Assembly: GCF_001194135.2 (NCBI RefSeq)
Contig: NC_069006.1
Coordinates: 14,622,092 to 14,655,496, forward strand
Direction: 5' to 3'
Length of the DNA: 33,405 nt
Source: Octopus bimaculoides
Taxonomy: Eukaryota
Shown: piece after piece, positions 11,792 to 23,866 of the stretch
How the letters are laid out: each line of letters opens with the position of its first letter
Position numbering within the stretch: position 1 is the stretch's first letter
Made by a program: the position numbers and the translations under genes
The notes under the pieces: generated by a model
Database searches by the model: none
What the model saw: only the letters and a program-made list of their open reading frames with translations
Told to the model about the DNA's origin: nothing

Positions 11792-11862
11792 CTTTCTTTT
11801 ATTAGCCACACAGGGCTGCTCACAGAGGGGACAAGACAAATACAACTGTAGAGCTTTTCTTT
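11792..11862 (-). mobile_element. LINE-like 3' end fragment flanked by GATA repeats
   Basis: TTTCTTTTATTAGCCACACAGGGCT..GGGACAA..ATACAA.TGTAGAGCTTTTCTT matches 21940-22000 and the reverse complement of 20522-20582. The sense strand carries an AATAAA and runs into ATCT units. Confidence 0.7.
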
Positions 11863-11896
11863 AAAAAAAAAAAAAAAGAAAATATGATCAAAAAAA

Positions 11897-11938
<42 letters not shown>

Positions 11939-12859
11939 GTGGGTGTGTGGGTGTATACATGCATACCCCTGCGCCGCACATATACACAAAAGACGTTTGC
12001 TTCCCAGCCACATTATCACAGGTTCAGTCCAGTCATGCAGTGTGGGTTACGGCTAGCCACATCAATAAATATTTAACGGCTATGCCCAACATTAGTCTTC
12101 AGTCACTCCATAAATTCCTCTGATGGACCCAGAAGAAGCTGCACCGAAAATTGCGCCAGGTTTCATCCGCAATTGCTCGTAATCTGTGCGTGGAAACACG
12201 TGTAGGTCATACAGACCATAAAAATATGCTGTATAAAATTGTAAAATAAGAGGAAATAAATTTTGAGGACGAACAAATTTCCATGTTCTGTATCGTTATA
12301 ATTCTTTTTAATGTATATATATATATATAATACAGAGAGAGAGAGAGAGAGAGGGAAAGAGAGACGAATTCATAGATAGGGGTAATTAGATAGATAGATG
12401 TACGTATGTATGTACGTGTGTGTGTCTGTGTTTGCGTATGTGGGTATGATTTGGCGTGGGCGTGGTGTGGGGGACAGGGTGCTTAAGATGTACCGAGGAT
12501 CAATGTCAATAATCGGTCTGTTTGTTGAAAAAGGTAGTAAAAACCCCCTCAAATCATATCACCCCCATTTTAAAGCAAGGAATGGTTCATCACATATTAT
12601 GATCCAATACGTACATTCTGCGTCTGCCGAAAACATGAAGACGATTACGGCAGGAACATCTTTGATCATCAACCTGTACGCCCAGGACTGACCGGTGGCT
12701 AAACGTCCACAACAACAACAGCAAAAATAAAGACAGCAGCACCATTTTTAAATGGTGAAGGAAACGCAAACAGGTCGAAATCATGATATCGTCGGTGGTT
12801 AAATCTGTCGATACTCTGCGAGAGTTACAACCATCAAATTATATGACAGCGAGGTAATA

Positions 12860-12968
12860 AATGATTGTATGTATGTATTATGTATGTATGTATGTTAATA
12901 TATACGTGTGTGTGTGTGTATGTGTGTGTGTGTGCGTACGTACATATACATATACGAATATACATTAT

Positions 12969-13002
<34 letters not shown>

Positions 13003-13014
13003 TATATGCATATC

Positions 13015-13054
<40 letters not shown>

Positions 13055-13275
13055 TATATATGTATACATGTATATATATGCATGTATATATGTATATATA
13101 CACACGTACGTATACATGTATATCTAGACATATACATATATATACACACATGCACATATGTATATGTGTGTATGTGTATATGTGGGTGTATGCGTGTGTA
13201 CTTGCGTGTTTGTGTGCGTGTGTCTGCATGCATATGTATATTCATATATATGCATATATATATATATATGAGGAA
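12860..13275. repeat. Compound (TA)n/(TG)n/(TATG)n microsatellite field
   Basis: Directly visible. It is the source of six spurious Y/I/C/V-rich ORFs. Confidence 0.95.
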
Positions 13276-14108
13276 TATGAAATGGCATTAATGAGTTGGC
13301 AGAGAATGTGATAAAGCATGTGTGTGTGTGTGTGTGACCACGTGATTGGATTGCATTTGTATGTATTTAGCTGTATGCATTTGCATATGTAAATATATGT
13401 TGGTTTGTATGTGTTTATGCGTGTAAATATCAAGTATATGTAAGTCTGTACGTACCTGTAAGAATGTGTGTGTGTTTGTGTGTGCATGCGTGAAGCAAGC
13501 TCAGATGGATATGGCAAAATTAAACCTCAAAGAAACTATCTGTTTGTTTAGGAGAAACCTTAGCAGAACTGAACAGTTTGTGTAGAAAATGGATGGGAAA
13601 ATACAATGAAAATCTGCACAAGGAATATCGAATGAAGAATCCGACATGAAAGTGGAATTATTCAAGATCAAGCATCCACAACTAATAAAACGAAGACAGA
13701 AAGAGTGGCAGCGAGAAAAACGGAGAGAGAAAGAGAAAGATGGGAAACAAGATGGAGAGAGATATTTCGAGTTAATAATACGGTAACGAACAGCGTAGAG
13801 TTATATAGATTTCTCTGGGAACCAATGGTAATTCTCTACGACATCCTATGCAAGTTGACACCGAATGGTCTCTATTAGAAGTCTATGAAGGAAAAGCTGT
13901 AAAATTTAACATAATTGTTGAGTGGATAATGCCTTGCAGGAATTTTTTACTACCGCGCAATAAATATCTCTAGTTTGTTTGTTTGTTTCCCGTCGAATGG
14001 GATGGAATGGAAACAGAGTTGAGTTCTTTGTGCCGTTTCCCCAACCATAAATTCTATCGGTTGTTATTTTCCCCGTTTATATATGTATGCATGTGTGTGT
14101 GTGGGTTG

Positions 14109-14151
<43 letters not shown>

Positions 14152-14152
<1 letters not shown>

Positions 14153-14185
14153 TTACTCTTTTACTCTTTTACTTGTTTCAGTCAT
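14152..14185 (-). mobile_element. SINE-like family C 3' tail running into a gap
   Basis: TTTACTCTTTTACTCTTTTACTTGTTTCAGTCAT closely matches the family C tail at about 29400-29436. Confidence 0.8.
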
Positions 14186-15572
14186 NNNNNNNNNNNNNNN
14201 NNNNNNNNNNNNNNNNNNNNNNNNNNNNNNNNNNNNNNNNNNNNNNNNNNNNNNNNNNNNNNNNNNNNNNNNNNNNNNNNNNNNNNNNNNNNNNNNNNNN
14301 NNNNNNNNNNNNNNNNNNNNNNNNNNNNNNNNNNNNNNNNNNNNNNNNNNNNNNNNNNNNNNNNNNNNNNNNNNNNNNNNNNNNNNNNNNNNNNNNNNNN
14401 NNNNNNNNNNNNNNNNNNNNNNNNNNNNNNNNNNNNNNNNNNNNNNNNNNNNNNNNNNNNNNNNNNNNNNNNNNNNNNNNNNNNNNNNNNNNNNNNNNNN
14501 NNNNNNNNNNNNNNNNNNNNNNNNNNNNNNNNNNNNNNNNNNNNNNNNNNNNNNNNNNNNNNNNNNNNNNNNNNNNNNNNNNNNNNNNNNNNNNNNNNNN
14601 NNNNNNNNNNNNNNNNNNNNNNNNNNNNNNNNNNNNNNNNNNNNNNNNNNNNNNNNNNNNNNNNNNNNNNNNNNNNNNNNNNNNNNNNNNNNNNNNNNNN
14701 NNNNNNNNNNNNNNNNNNNNNNNNNNNNNNNNNNNNNNNNNNNNNNNNNNNNNNNNNNNNNNNNNNNNNNNNNNNNNNNNNNNNNNNNNNNNNNNNNNNN
14801 NNNNNNNNNNNNNNNNNNNNNNNNNNNNNNNNNNNNNNNNNNNNNNNNNNNNNNNNNNNNNNNNNNNNNNNNNNNNNNNNNNNNNNNNNNNNNNNNNNNN
14901 NNNNNNNNNNNNNNNNNNNNNNNNNNNNNNNNNNNNNNNNNNNNNNNNNNNNNNNNNNNNNNNNNNNNNNNNNNNNNNNNNNNNNNNNNNNNNNNNNNNN
15001 NNNNNNNNNNNNNNNNNNNNNNNNNNNNNNNNNNNNNNNNNNNNNNNNNNNNNNNNNNNNNNNTGTGTGTGCGTGAGTGTATGTGAGTCTGCGTGTTATG
15101 TGTATATGTATATACATACACGTAAGAAATATAAAAACATGTCTACATAAATGTTTCCGTGTTTATACGCATAATATATATATATATATATGTGTGTGTG
15201 TATGTGTGAGTGTGTGTGTGTGTGTGTGTATGTGTGTTTGTGTGTGTGTACGATTATGTATCTATTTATTTTTATATAGACACGCATATATGGATGTATG
15301 TATTTATATATGTGGCGTGTCTGTGTGTGTGTATATTCGTTCTGAATGCTACTATTTGTCAACTCATATCTCTTTCTTTCTTTCTCTCTCTCTCTCACAC
15401 ATTATACATTCAGAGACACATATACAGGCAGTCAGACACACACATACGCCACCATGTTTATATATATATATCTATATATCTATATATATGTGTGTGTGTG
15501 TGTGTGTATATATATATACATATATATGTATGTATGTATATACACACACACATATATATCTAAATATATATA

Positions 15573-15729
15573 TATAAACAAAATTAAGGTATCAGCAACA
15601 GGTTGCTTCACCACATACCGAAGTTCAGAAATGGCAGCTAAAATGCTGAGTCTCAGCATTTTAGCTGCTATTTCTGAATTTCGGTATGTGGTGAAGCAAC
15701 CTGCTGCTGATCCCTTAATTTTGTTTATA
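15573..15729. repeat. Near-perfect palindrome, 78 bp arms, 1 nt loop
   Basis: Arms 15573-15650 and 15652-15729, centre GCTGAG-T-CTCAGC. I count 74/78 Watson-Crick pairs. Mismatches are at 15590/15712, 15598/15704, 15623/15679 and 15633/15669. Confidence 0.95.
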
Positions 15730-15859
15730 AATGTATAAGAACTTTTAAATAAGTTCCTCACCGATAATGGTGCTTACATACCGAAGGGCTTGGTAAAAAT
15801 TATTAATTATTAATTTATTAATAAATTAATAAATTGATAATCCTTTACCCTTTTAATTG

Positions 15860-15933
<74 letters not shown>

Positions 15934-15957
15934 CAGAATTGGGATCTGAAATCCAAT

Positions 15958-16180
15958 GTGTCACGTAAAAGTATTGGTGTGGGTGCTGGTGCTGGTGGCA
16001 CATAAAAAGCACTGGTGATGGTGTCACGTAATAAGCACTCAGTAAGAAGTGGTTGACTTTAGGAAGGGCATCCAACCGTAGAATCTAGTCCAAAACCGAC
16101 TATGGAACCTGATGCGTCCCTTGGGCCTGACATTTCCTGTCCAGTCCATACCAGCGTGGAAAACGGATGTTAAATGTTGT
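15958..16180 (+). mobile_element. SINE-like family E with internal GTG(T/G)CAC(G/A)TAA(A/T)AAGCAC repeats and a (GAT)n tail
   Basis: Three internal units at about 15958, 15994 and 16020, then AGGAAGGGCATCCAACCGTAGAA. The 3' end CCAGCGTGGAAAACGGATGTTAAATG leads into (GAT)n. Only one copy is in the window and the family is recognised from memory. Confidence 0.6.
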
Positions 16181-16343
16181 TGATGATGCTGCCGCTGCTG
16201 CTGATGTTAATGATGATGATATTGATGATGATGATGATCATGATCAAGATCATGATCGTGATGATGGTGATTATAATGATGATGATGATGATAACGACGA
16301 CGACGACGACGACGACGGCGCTGATGATGATGATGATGATGAT
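16181..16343. repeat. (GAT)n/(GAC)n microsatellite
   Basis: Directly visible. It explains the poly-D ORF 16167..16376. Confidence 0.95.
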
Positions 16344-16539
16344 GTGTGGTGTTTGAAATCTGATGGTGAATTGTAGGTTTTATGAGGACAGGAAATCTTT
16401 AGCTGATTTTACTTTTCAGTTTTATGCTCTTAAATCTGTTTAAGCAACGAATTAATTACACTAATTGAAGGCACGTCGAATATTTACTAACAAATGATAC
16501 CTCACGTCTTATTTATCTATTTAATTATTTATTTTATAT

Positions 16540-16690
16540 GTTTCTGTCATTCGACTGTGGCCATGCTGGGGCACCATCTGGAAGGGTTTGAGTCAAACAA
16601 GCCGACTTCGGTATTTGTCTCTTTTACGTCTCGTACTCTATAACTGAACCGTTAATTTACGTGGACGTAAACAGACCTACACAGGCTGTC
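16540..16690 (-). mobile_element. Diverged SINE-like family C copy
   Basis: GTCATTCGACTGTGGCCATGCTGGGGCACC..GACGTAAACA aligns with 29430-29580. Confidence 0.7.
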
Positions 16691-17057
16691 AGGTTTTGAA
16701 TGCATGCATGTGTGTGTATTTCTATATACATATATATACAAATATAGACACACAGACGTCATTTATGTGTACGTGCGTGTGTGTAAGTGTGCCTGTGTGT
16801 GCGTGTGTCTGTGTATGCATGTATATACATATGTGTATGTATGTATACATGCGTATGTATATTGGCAACTAAAAAAACAGAGGAGAAAACAAAATATTAA
16901 AAAAAAACAAATAAACGTGAGGACGTAGCACAAGCAATGTTTTTATATGACGCTCGGTGAAAGAAGAGAGTTGTTGTTTTTACGTTTTGAGCATAGCTCA
17001 TCGTCGGAAACAGGAAAAACTGGGAAGTTCAGAGAGAAAGAAGGAAGAAGGCAGAAA

Positions 17058-17413
17058 AGAGAGTACAAAAATATCTTTAGTGACTCTATCTTTCTTGCGT
17101 CTCTCTTTATTTCTCTCTCTCAGTCTCATTCTCTACATTTCCTTCTCCATAAGTATATATANNNNNNNNNNNNNNNNNNNNNNNNNNNNNNNNNNNNNNN
17201 NNNNNNNNNNNNNNNNNNNNNNNNNNNNNNNNNNNNNNNNNNNNNNNNNNNNNNNNNNNNNNNNNNNNNNNNNNNNNNNNNNNNNNNNNNNNNNNNNNNN
17301 NNNNNNNNNNNNNNNNNNNNNNNNNNNNNNNNNNNNNNNNNNNNNNNNNNNNNNNNNNNNNNNNNNNNNNNNNNNNNNNNNNNNNNNNNNNNNNNNNNNN
17401 NNNNNNNNNNNNN

Positions 17414-17457
<44 letters not shown>

Positions 17458-17583
17458 GCTATATATATACATACATACATATGCAGAAGAAAATGTAGAA
17501 AGTGAGAGAGAGACAGAGACATAGAGAGAAAGAAAGAGATGCACAAGAAAGACAGAGTCACTAAAGAGATTTTTGTTCTCTCT
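17058..17583. repeat. About 100 bp inverted repeat pair enclosing (TA)n and a gap
   Basis: 17058-17155 (AGAGAGTACAAAAATATCTTTAGTGACTCTATCTTTCTTGC..) and the reverse complement of 17477-17583 (AGAGAGAACAAAAATCTCTTTAGTGACTCTGTCTTTCTTGT..). Both strands give KISLVTLSFL in the ORF track. Confidence 0.85.
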
Positions 17584-18092
17584 TTAACATTATCACTGAC
17601 AAACTGAAATAAAAACAAAACAAGGAAGAACAACGTACAAAATGAAAATCACTCTACATTTCATTATTGATTGCTCTACGGGTATCGACCTGTGAAACTA
17701 TGTTACAGTGTGGCCTATATAACTGACATGGCTTCAAGTTTTATTATTGTGCTTCCTAGAGCGCCAGATGGAAATCTAACGTAAATGCATTATTGTATTT
17801 CAGCCAAGAATATCATTATATTCGTATACATGTATGTGTAAATGTCTGTGTTTATACACATATATACATATATATGTTTGTGTATATATAAATGTGTGCG
17901 CGTCTGTGTATGTATGTATGCATGTACATAATCATGTATATACGTATATACACATGTATGTATTTATAGGTATTTTATATGTTTTATATGTGGCGCTTTG
18001 GGGATAGAGTTAGCTTTGCAGCCAGGTGATTTTGGGGGTCAGTCTTACAGTGTAACCCCTTACGCGAGTTAGTTGTGTTATAACCCCAGGTT

Positions 18093-18131
18093 GATGGATT
18101 TCGTAGACGGAAACCGAAAGAAGTCCGTCGT
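18093..18131 (+). mobile_element. 3' tail fragment of the CORE-type SINE
   Basis: TGGATTTCGTAGACGGAAACCGAAAGAAGTCCGTCGT matches 23827-23863. Confidence 0.7.
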
Positions 18132-18248
18132 TTGCATTTGTATATATATATGTGCGTTTGTGTTCGTCCCCCCCCCCCNNNNNNNNNNNNNNNNNNNNNN
18201 NNNNNNNNNNNNNNNNNNNNNNNNNNNNNNNNNNNNNNNNNNNNNNNN

Positions 18249-18299
<51 letters not shown>

Positions 18300-18962
18300 A
18301 CATACACAAGTGAGTTTGTGTGTATGTGTGTGTATGTTCGTTATGGATTCGAAAACTGAGTTGCCCATTTTCACGTATGAGGTATCAAAATATTCAGTGA
18401 TCTTTCGGCTACTATGGAGGAAAACCCAGCTACAGATATTCCGTTATTTCGGGGTGTTGTATTCTCACACCCTACACTTGTAAACCTGCTCCACCTCTAC
18501 ACACACACACCTGTATCCTTCTGCATAGAGTGCAAGGTATGTTAGCTTTTATACGGATGGGGAATACATCCAAGTGGTAGCTTCAGTGTCTCTAGTGACT
18601 AAAGACGTTCTTATTAATATATGATTGTTCCTTAAGAGAAAAGGAAAGAAAACAACAAAGGTACCTGCTCCAAAAGTCAGGATGCCTATGATTGTTACGG
18701 GAGTTTTTCCATGAGCAGCACCCTCTATTGAGGATTACACATTGCTGATTTTTGCCCCATTATGTTAATCTTGCTTACACTCAAAACCCTCACAACAACA
18801 CCCACTCATGCACCTCCCCCACACACACATGCTTTGTTATGCCCTGTTCTATCTATAATGTTTTTCTTAATGCAAACTCTTTGTGGTTAATAAAGAAGTC
18901 ACCATCATCATCATTATTATAACTATTATTATCATTTTATTATTAGTATAAGTAGTAGTAGT

Positions 18963-19348
18963 GGAGGCGCAATGGCCCAGTGGTTAGGGCAGCGGACTCG
19001 TGGTCATAGGATCGCGGTTTCGTTTCCAAGACCGGGCGTTCTGAGTGTTTATTGAGCGAAAACACCTAAAAGCTCCACGAGGCTCCGGCAGGGGATGGTG
19101 GCGAACCCTGCTGTACTCTTCCACCACAACTTTCTCTCACTCTTACTTCCTGTTTCTGTTGTGCCTGTAATTCAAAGGGTCAGCCTTGTCACACACTGTG
19201 TCACGCTGAATATCCCTGAGAACTATGTTAAGGGTACAGGTGTCTGTGGAGTGCTCAGCCACTTGCACGTTAATTTCGCGAGCAGGCTGTTCCGTTGATC
19301 GGATCAACTGGAACCCTGGACGTCGTAAGCGACGGAGTGCCAACAACA
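18963..19348 (+). mobile_element. Full-length tRNA-derived SINE family B with an (AAC)n tail
   Basis: tRNA-like head GGAGGCGCAATGGCCCAGTGGTTAGGGCAGCGGACTCGTGGTC..GGTTTCGTTTCC with A and B boxes. The 3' half is shared with 3487-3718. Confidence 0.9.
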
Positions 19349-19795
19349 TATTAGTATAAGTATTAGTAGTAGCAGCAGCAGCAGCAATGTGCTTGTCGTC
19401 GTCGTAGCTGTCGTTGCTGCTTTCCCTGTTTCTATCGGTGTTTGTTTTTGCTGTTGTTGCTGCAGTCATCAATGAAGAGTCCTGTAGGATACACTGACTT
19501 CCATGTATAGAGAAATAATTTGGTCAGAAGGAATCATTCCAGCGCTCTCAAACACTTTCCAACCTCTCTTTAATCATTTTAATCATGTGACAGCTAGTCA
19601 CAAGACTATATAGTTAATCCTCTAAGTTAAACCAACCCGCTTCCACCGTGTAATTGTGTGGGCTATTAAAACCACAGCCATAGCGCCGTGCCTAGGATAT
19701 AAATCACGTCGCGCTCGACGTTTAGCAATACACCTTACACTCATACATTTGCTGAAGTTTAACATTTACTGTTGCTGATCTCTTTCCTCCTCCCT

Positions 19796-19796
<1 letters not shown>

Positions 19797-19865
<69 letters not shown>

Positions 19866-20581
19866 CATCCATCCATCCATCCATCTATCTATCTATCTCT
19901 CTATCTATCTATCTATCTATCTACCTATCTACCTATCTATCTAAAAAAGAGACAAAAAGAGAGAAGGTACTTACTTTCATGTACCTTTAAAAAAAAAAGC
20001 CGTGGTCTTTTCCGTAGGCTTTTCTCTCCANNNNNNNNNNNNNNNNNNNNNNNNNNNNNNNNNNNNNNNNNNNNNNNNNNNNNNNNNNNNNNNNNNNNNN
20101 NNNNNNNNNNNNNNNNNNNNNNNNNNNNNNNNNNNNNNNNNNNNNNNNNNNNNNNNNNNNNNNNNNNNNNNNNNNNNNNNNNNNNNNNNNNNNNNNNNNN
20201 NNNNNNNNNNNNNNNNNNNNNNNNNNNNNNNNNNNNNNNNNNNNNNNNNNNNNNNNNNNNNNNNNNNNNNNNNNNNNNNNNNNNNNNNNNNNNNNNNNNN
20301 NNNNNNNNNNNNNNNNNNNNNNNNNNNNNNNNNNNNNNNNNNNNNNNNNNNNNNNNNNNNNNNNNNNNNNNNNNNNNNNNNNNNNNNNNNNNNNNNNNNN
20401 NNNNNNNNNNNNNNNNNNNNNNNNNNNNNNNNNNNNNNNNNNNNNNNNNNNNNNNNNNNNNNNNNNNNNNNNNNNNNNNNNNNNNNNNNNNNNNNNNNNN
20501 NNNNNNNNNNNNNNNNNNNNNGCTCTACTTTGTAATTTGTCCATTTTCTGTATTTAGCCCTGTGTGGCTATAATAAAAAGA

Positions 20582-20640
<59 letters not shown>
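19797..20640 (+). mobile_element. (ATCT)n - LINE-like 3' UTR (gapped) - (ATCT)n
   Basis: ATCT arrays at 19797-19942 and 20582-20640. The 3' end GCTCTACTTTGTAATTTGTCC..TTAGCCCTGTGTGGCTATAATAAAAAGAT is homologous to the 11792 and 21940 copies. Continuity across the gap is assumed. Confidence 0.65.
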
Positions 20641-21547
20641 ACGTGTGTGCGCATGGCTGGCTAGGTGTGTGTGTGTGTGTGTGTGCCTGTCACTTTCTCT
20701 GCCCCTCTCTGTGCCAATCTCTCTTTGCCTATTTATCTATCCATCTATCTATTTACTTCCATACCTATCGTATTCATTCTGATATTATTTATACTGTTGT
20801 TTATGTACTTTAATTCCCCCCCCCCTACTTTTCATTCAATTTTTAAAAGTAGCCCTCAGATGCTGACAATGAATATGTAAGTGTATAAGTATATGTAAGT
20901 ATACATGCATACATAAGTACTCGATGATAAAACTCCGAAGTATTCCATATGCTAACCCATGATTAACCTTAGCGAGTTATTTTTCACAAAATGTGCTGAA
21001 GTATATTTGTATAAATGATGAATTATTTGGGATAAGAAGATTAAACGCAAATAGTTCAACACCTATACATGGTATACAGAAAGAAAGTTTCTGTCGCTGC
21101 GGAGAACTGTTTCGAGGCGTCTAGTTCTCCTTAGGCAGTGTAAAATGGCAAACAGCCTCGGCATCACCCATCCTTCGGGATCTGCCGTTCTCTAATAGCT
21201 CCAGTTTCTGTCCAATGAAGTGTGAGCATAAGGATCATGGATTTGACGAAACAGATAATGAAAAATTGGCTTTGAAGGTGTGAATACAACTTGCCAGACT
21301 TGATTTTTTTCAAAAAGGATTCGAAAATCGGATTCAACGGTAGTACGAATTTATTGCTTATGGTGGAATCTATGTTGAGTAATAATCTTTGTAGGGAAGA
21401 AGAGTTGTTGTTCCAACGTGTAATTTGAACGACTTACGTCTGTCAATAAAAATAGATGGGCTAAGATTTGCATTACTTTTTTGTGTAACGTTCGAGTGTA
21501 TATATTATATATATATATATANNNNNNNNNNACACACACAACACTCA

Positions 21548-21586
<39 letters not shown>

Positions 21587-21779
21587 TGGTCTGTCTATAT
21601 GTATGTGTGTCTAAGAATGATGTCGAGTTATTTCTGTTTTCTATTTTATTCAATATGGTCTTTTAGGTTTTTACTGAAATTACCTAACAGCTGTACATGC
21701 ATGCGTACTAACAAAAATATACAGATTCATTATACTTACATGTATGCATATATATTTTACGTATAAATATCTAAATTAA

Positions 21780-22068
21780 TAGACAGACAGACAGACAGAT
21801 AGATAGATAGGTAGATAGATAGGTAGATAGATAGATAGATAGATAGGTAGATAGATAGATATGTAAACAGACAGTTATACATATAGACAGACAGATAGAT
21901 AGATAGATAGATAGGTAAACAGATAGATAGATAGATACATTTCTTTTATTAGCCACACAGGGCTCAACGAAGATGGGACAAATACAATGTAGAGCTTTTC
22001 TTTTTGGGAGGGGGGAGGAAAAAAAAAAAAAAAATTGGTGGTGTCGATCAAAAGGGATCGTAGGAAGG

Positions 22069-22120
<52 letters not shown>

Positions 22121-22151
22121 CATAGATAGATAGATAGGTAAACAGACAGAC

Positions 22152-22152
<1 letters not shown>
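21780..22152 (-). mobile_element. LINE-like 3' end (21940-22068) embedded in (GATA)n/(GACA)n arrays
   Basis: Arrays at 21780-21937 and 22069-22152 flank TTTCTTTTATTAGCCACACAGGGCTCAACGAAGATGGGACAAATACAATGTAGAGC. Confidence 0.75.
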
Positions 22153-22183
<31 letters not shown>

Positions 22184-22794
22184 NNNNNNNNNNNNNNNNN
22201 NNNNNNNNNNNNNNNNNNNNNNNNNNNNNNNNNNNNNNNNNNNNNNNNNNNNNNNNNNNNNNNNNNNNNNNNNNNNNNNNNNNNNNNNNNNNNNNNNNNN
22301 NNNNNNNNNNNNNNNNNNNNNNNNNNNNNNNNNNNNNNNNNNNNNNNNNNNNNNNNNNNNNNNNNNNNNNNNNNNNNNNNNNNNNNNNNNNNNNNNNNNN
22401 NNNNNNNNNNNNNNNNNNNNNNNNNNNNNNNNNNNNNNNNNNNNNNNNNNNNNNNNNNNNNNNNNNNNNNNNNNNNNNNNNNNNNNNNNNNNNNNNNNNN
22501 NNNNNNNNNNNNNNNNNNNNNNNNNNNNNNNNNNNNNNNNNNNNNNNNNNNNNNNNNNNNNNNNNNNNNNNNNNNNNNNNNNNNNNNNNNNNNNNNNNNN
22601 NNNNNNNNNNNNNNNNNNNNNNNNNNNNNNNNNNNNNNNATATCTACACACACACATACATACATGTATATAAAGAATGAGCAAAAAAATCAGTCGACAT
22701 TCATATCAAAATATAATACATACACAACTACATACATACTCAAACACATACACATTCACAAGCACACACACACAAACTCAGATACACACACATT

Positions 22795-22807
22795 ATTATT
22801 ATCATAA

Positions 22808-22859
<52 letters not shown>

Positions 22860-22899
22860 GTTATTATTATTTTTGTTATTATTATTATTATGTTTGTTG

Positions 22900-22952
<53 letters not shown>

Positions 22953-22965
22953 GTTATTATTATTA
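22795..22965. repeat. (ATC)n-(ATT)n-(GTT)n microsatellite
   Basis: Directly visible. Confidence 0.95.
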
Positions 22966-23171
22966 GTTTGGACATTATTATATTTCAATGTAATTAAACG
23001 CACGTAAATATACATACAGCCGCGTATTCACATCAGCAGCGGCAGCTCAAGTGAAGCAGTCGTTTAAATTATTCTCGTTTATTTACAAACGCGTTTGAGG
23101 AAAGGACACAAAAAACATGAAGATGTGGTAAAGAAACCGAAATATCAGTTTCCAATGAAAATACGACCGGG

Positions 23172-23398
23172 TTTCTCTTTTCTATATCTCTTATCTGCTG
23201 CAGTCATTGGACTGCAGCCATGCTGGGGCGCCCCCTTGTAGAAGTTTTACTCTGACCGATGAACCTCAGTAATTATTCTTTTAAGGTCTGGTATGTATGT
23301 GTTCAATCGGTCTTTAGCCGAAGTGGTATGTTACGGTGACGTAAAGAAACCAATACTGGTTGTCAACCGGTTGCGGAGACACAGATGCAAAGACACGC
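23172..23398 (-). mobile_element. Diverged SINE-like family C copy
   Basis: CAGTCATTGGACTGCAGCCATGCTGGGGCGCC..ATCGGTCTTTAGCCGAA..GTTACGGTGACGTAAAG..GGTTGTCAA aligns with 29430-29600. Confidence 0.75.
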
Positions 23399-23705
23399 AC
23401 ACATAGACATACATACATACATACATACATGCATTCATACATACATGCATACATACATACATACATGCATACATACATAAGGGATATAAGGGGTTTGGTT
23501 CACTAGTGATCTAAACGAATAAGTACGCTGCGCAAGAGCTGTAATTGGTCATCCGGGTGATTCCAAGTTCATAGCTTAGCCTTCCTAGTTAGCGGGTATA
23601 TACTAAAGGAAAATGGACTACAAACCTAGGTAGGACGAGCATCTCAGGTCATTTAGAGTATTATAAGATGTCTGTCTCTCTCACGCTATACGCTATATAT
23701 ATAAA

Positions 23706-23866
23706 GCAGTGGCTGTGTGGTAAGGAGTTTGCTTCCCAATGACATGGTTTCGGGTTCAGTCCCACAGCGTGGCACTTTGGGCAAGTATCTTCTACTGCAG
23801 CCTCGGTCCGATCAAAGCCTTGTGAGTGGATTTGCTAGACAGAAACTGAAAGAACCTCGTCGTATA
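23706..23866 (+). mobile_element. CORE-type tRNA-derived SINE
   Basis: A-box-like TGGCTGTGTGG, B box GGTTCAGTCCC, CORE motif CTTTGGGCAAGT, and a tail GAGTGGATTTG.TAGAC.GAAACTGAAAGAA..CGTCGTATA into (TA)n. Octopus CORE-SINEs (OR1/OR2) are known, but the exact family is not verified. Confidence 0.85.

Noticed and set aside
15760-15800. Hammerhead ribozyme CCGATAA-TGGTG..TACC-GAAG
   Set aside because: Three core positions deviate, and stems I and III cannot be formed convincingly.
18398-18536. Plus-strand exon ending AAG|GTATGT (DLSATMEENP..CIECK)
   Set aside because: The acceptor is weak, the segment includes a CA microsatellite, and no domain is recognisable.
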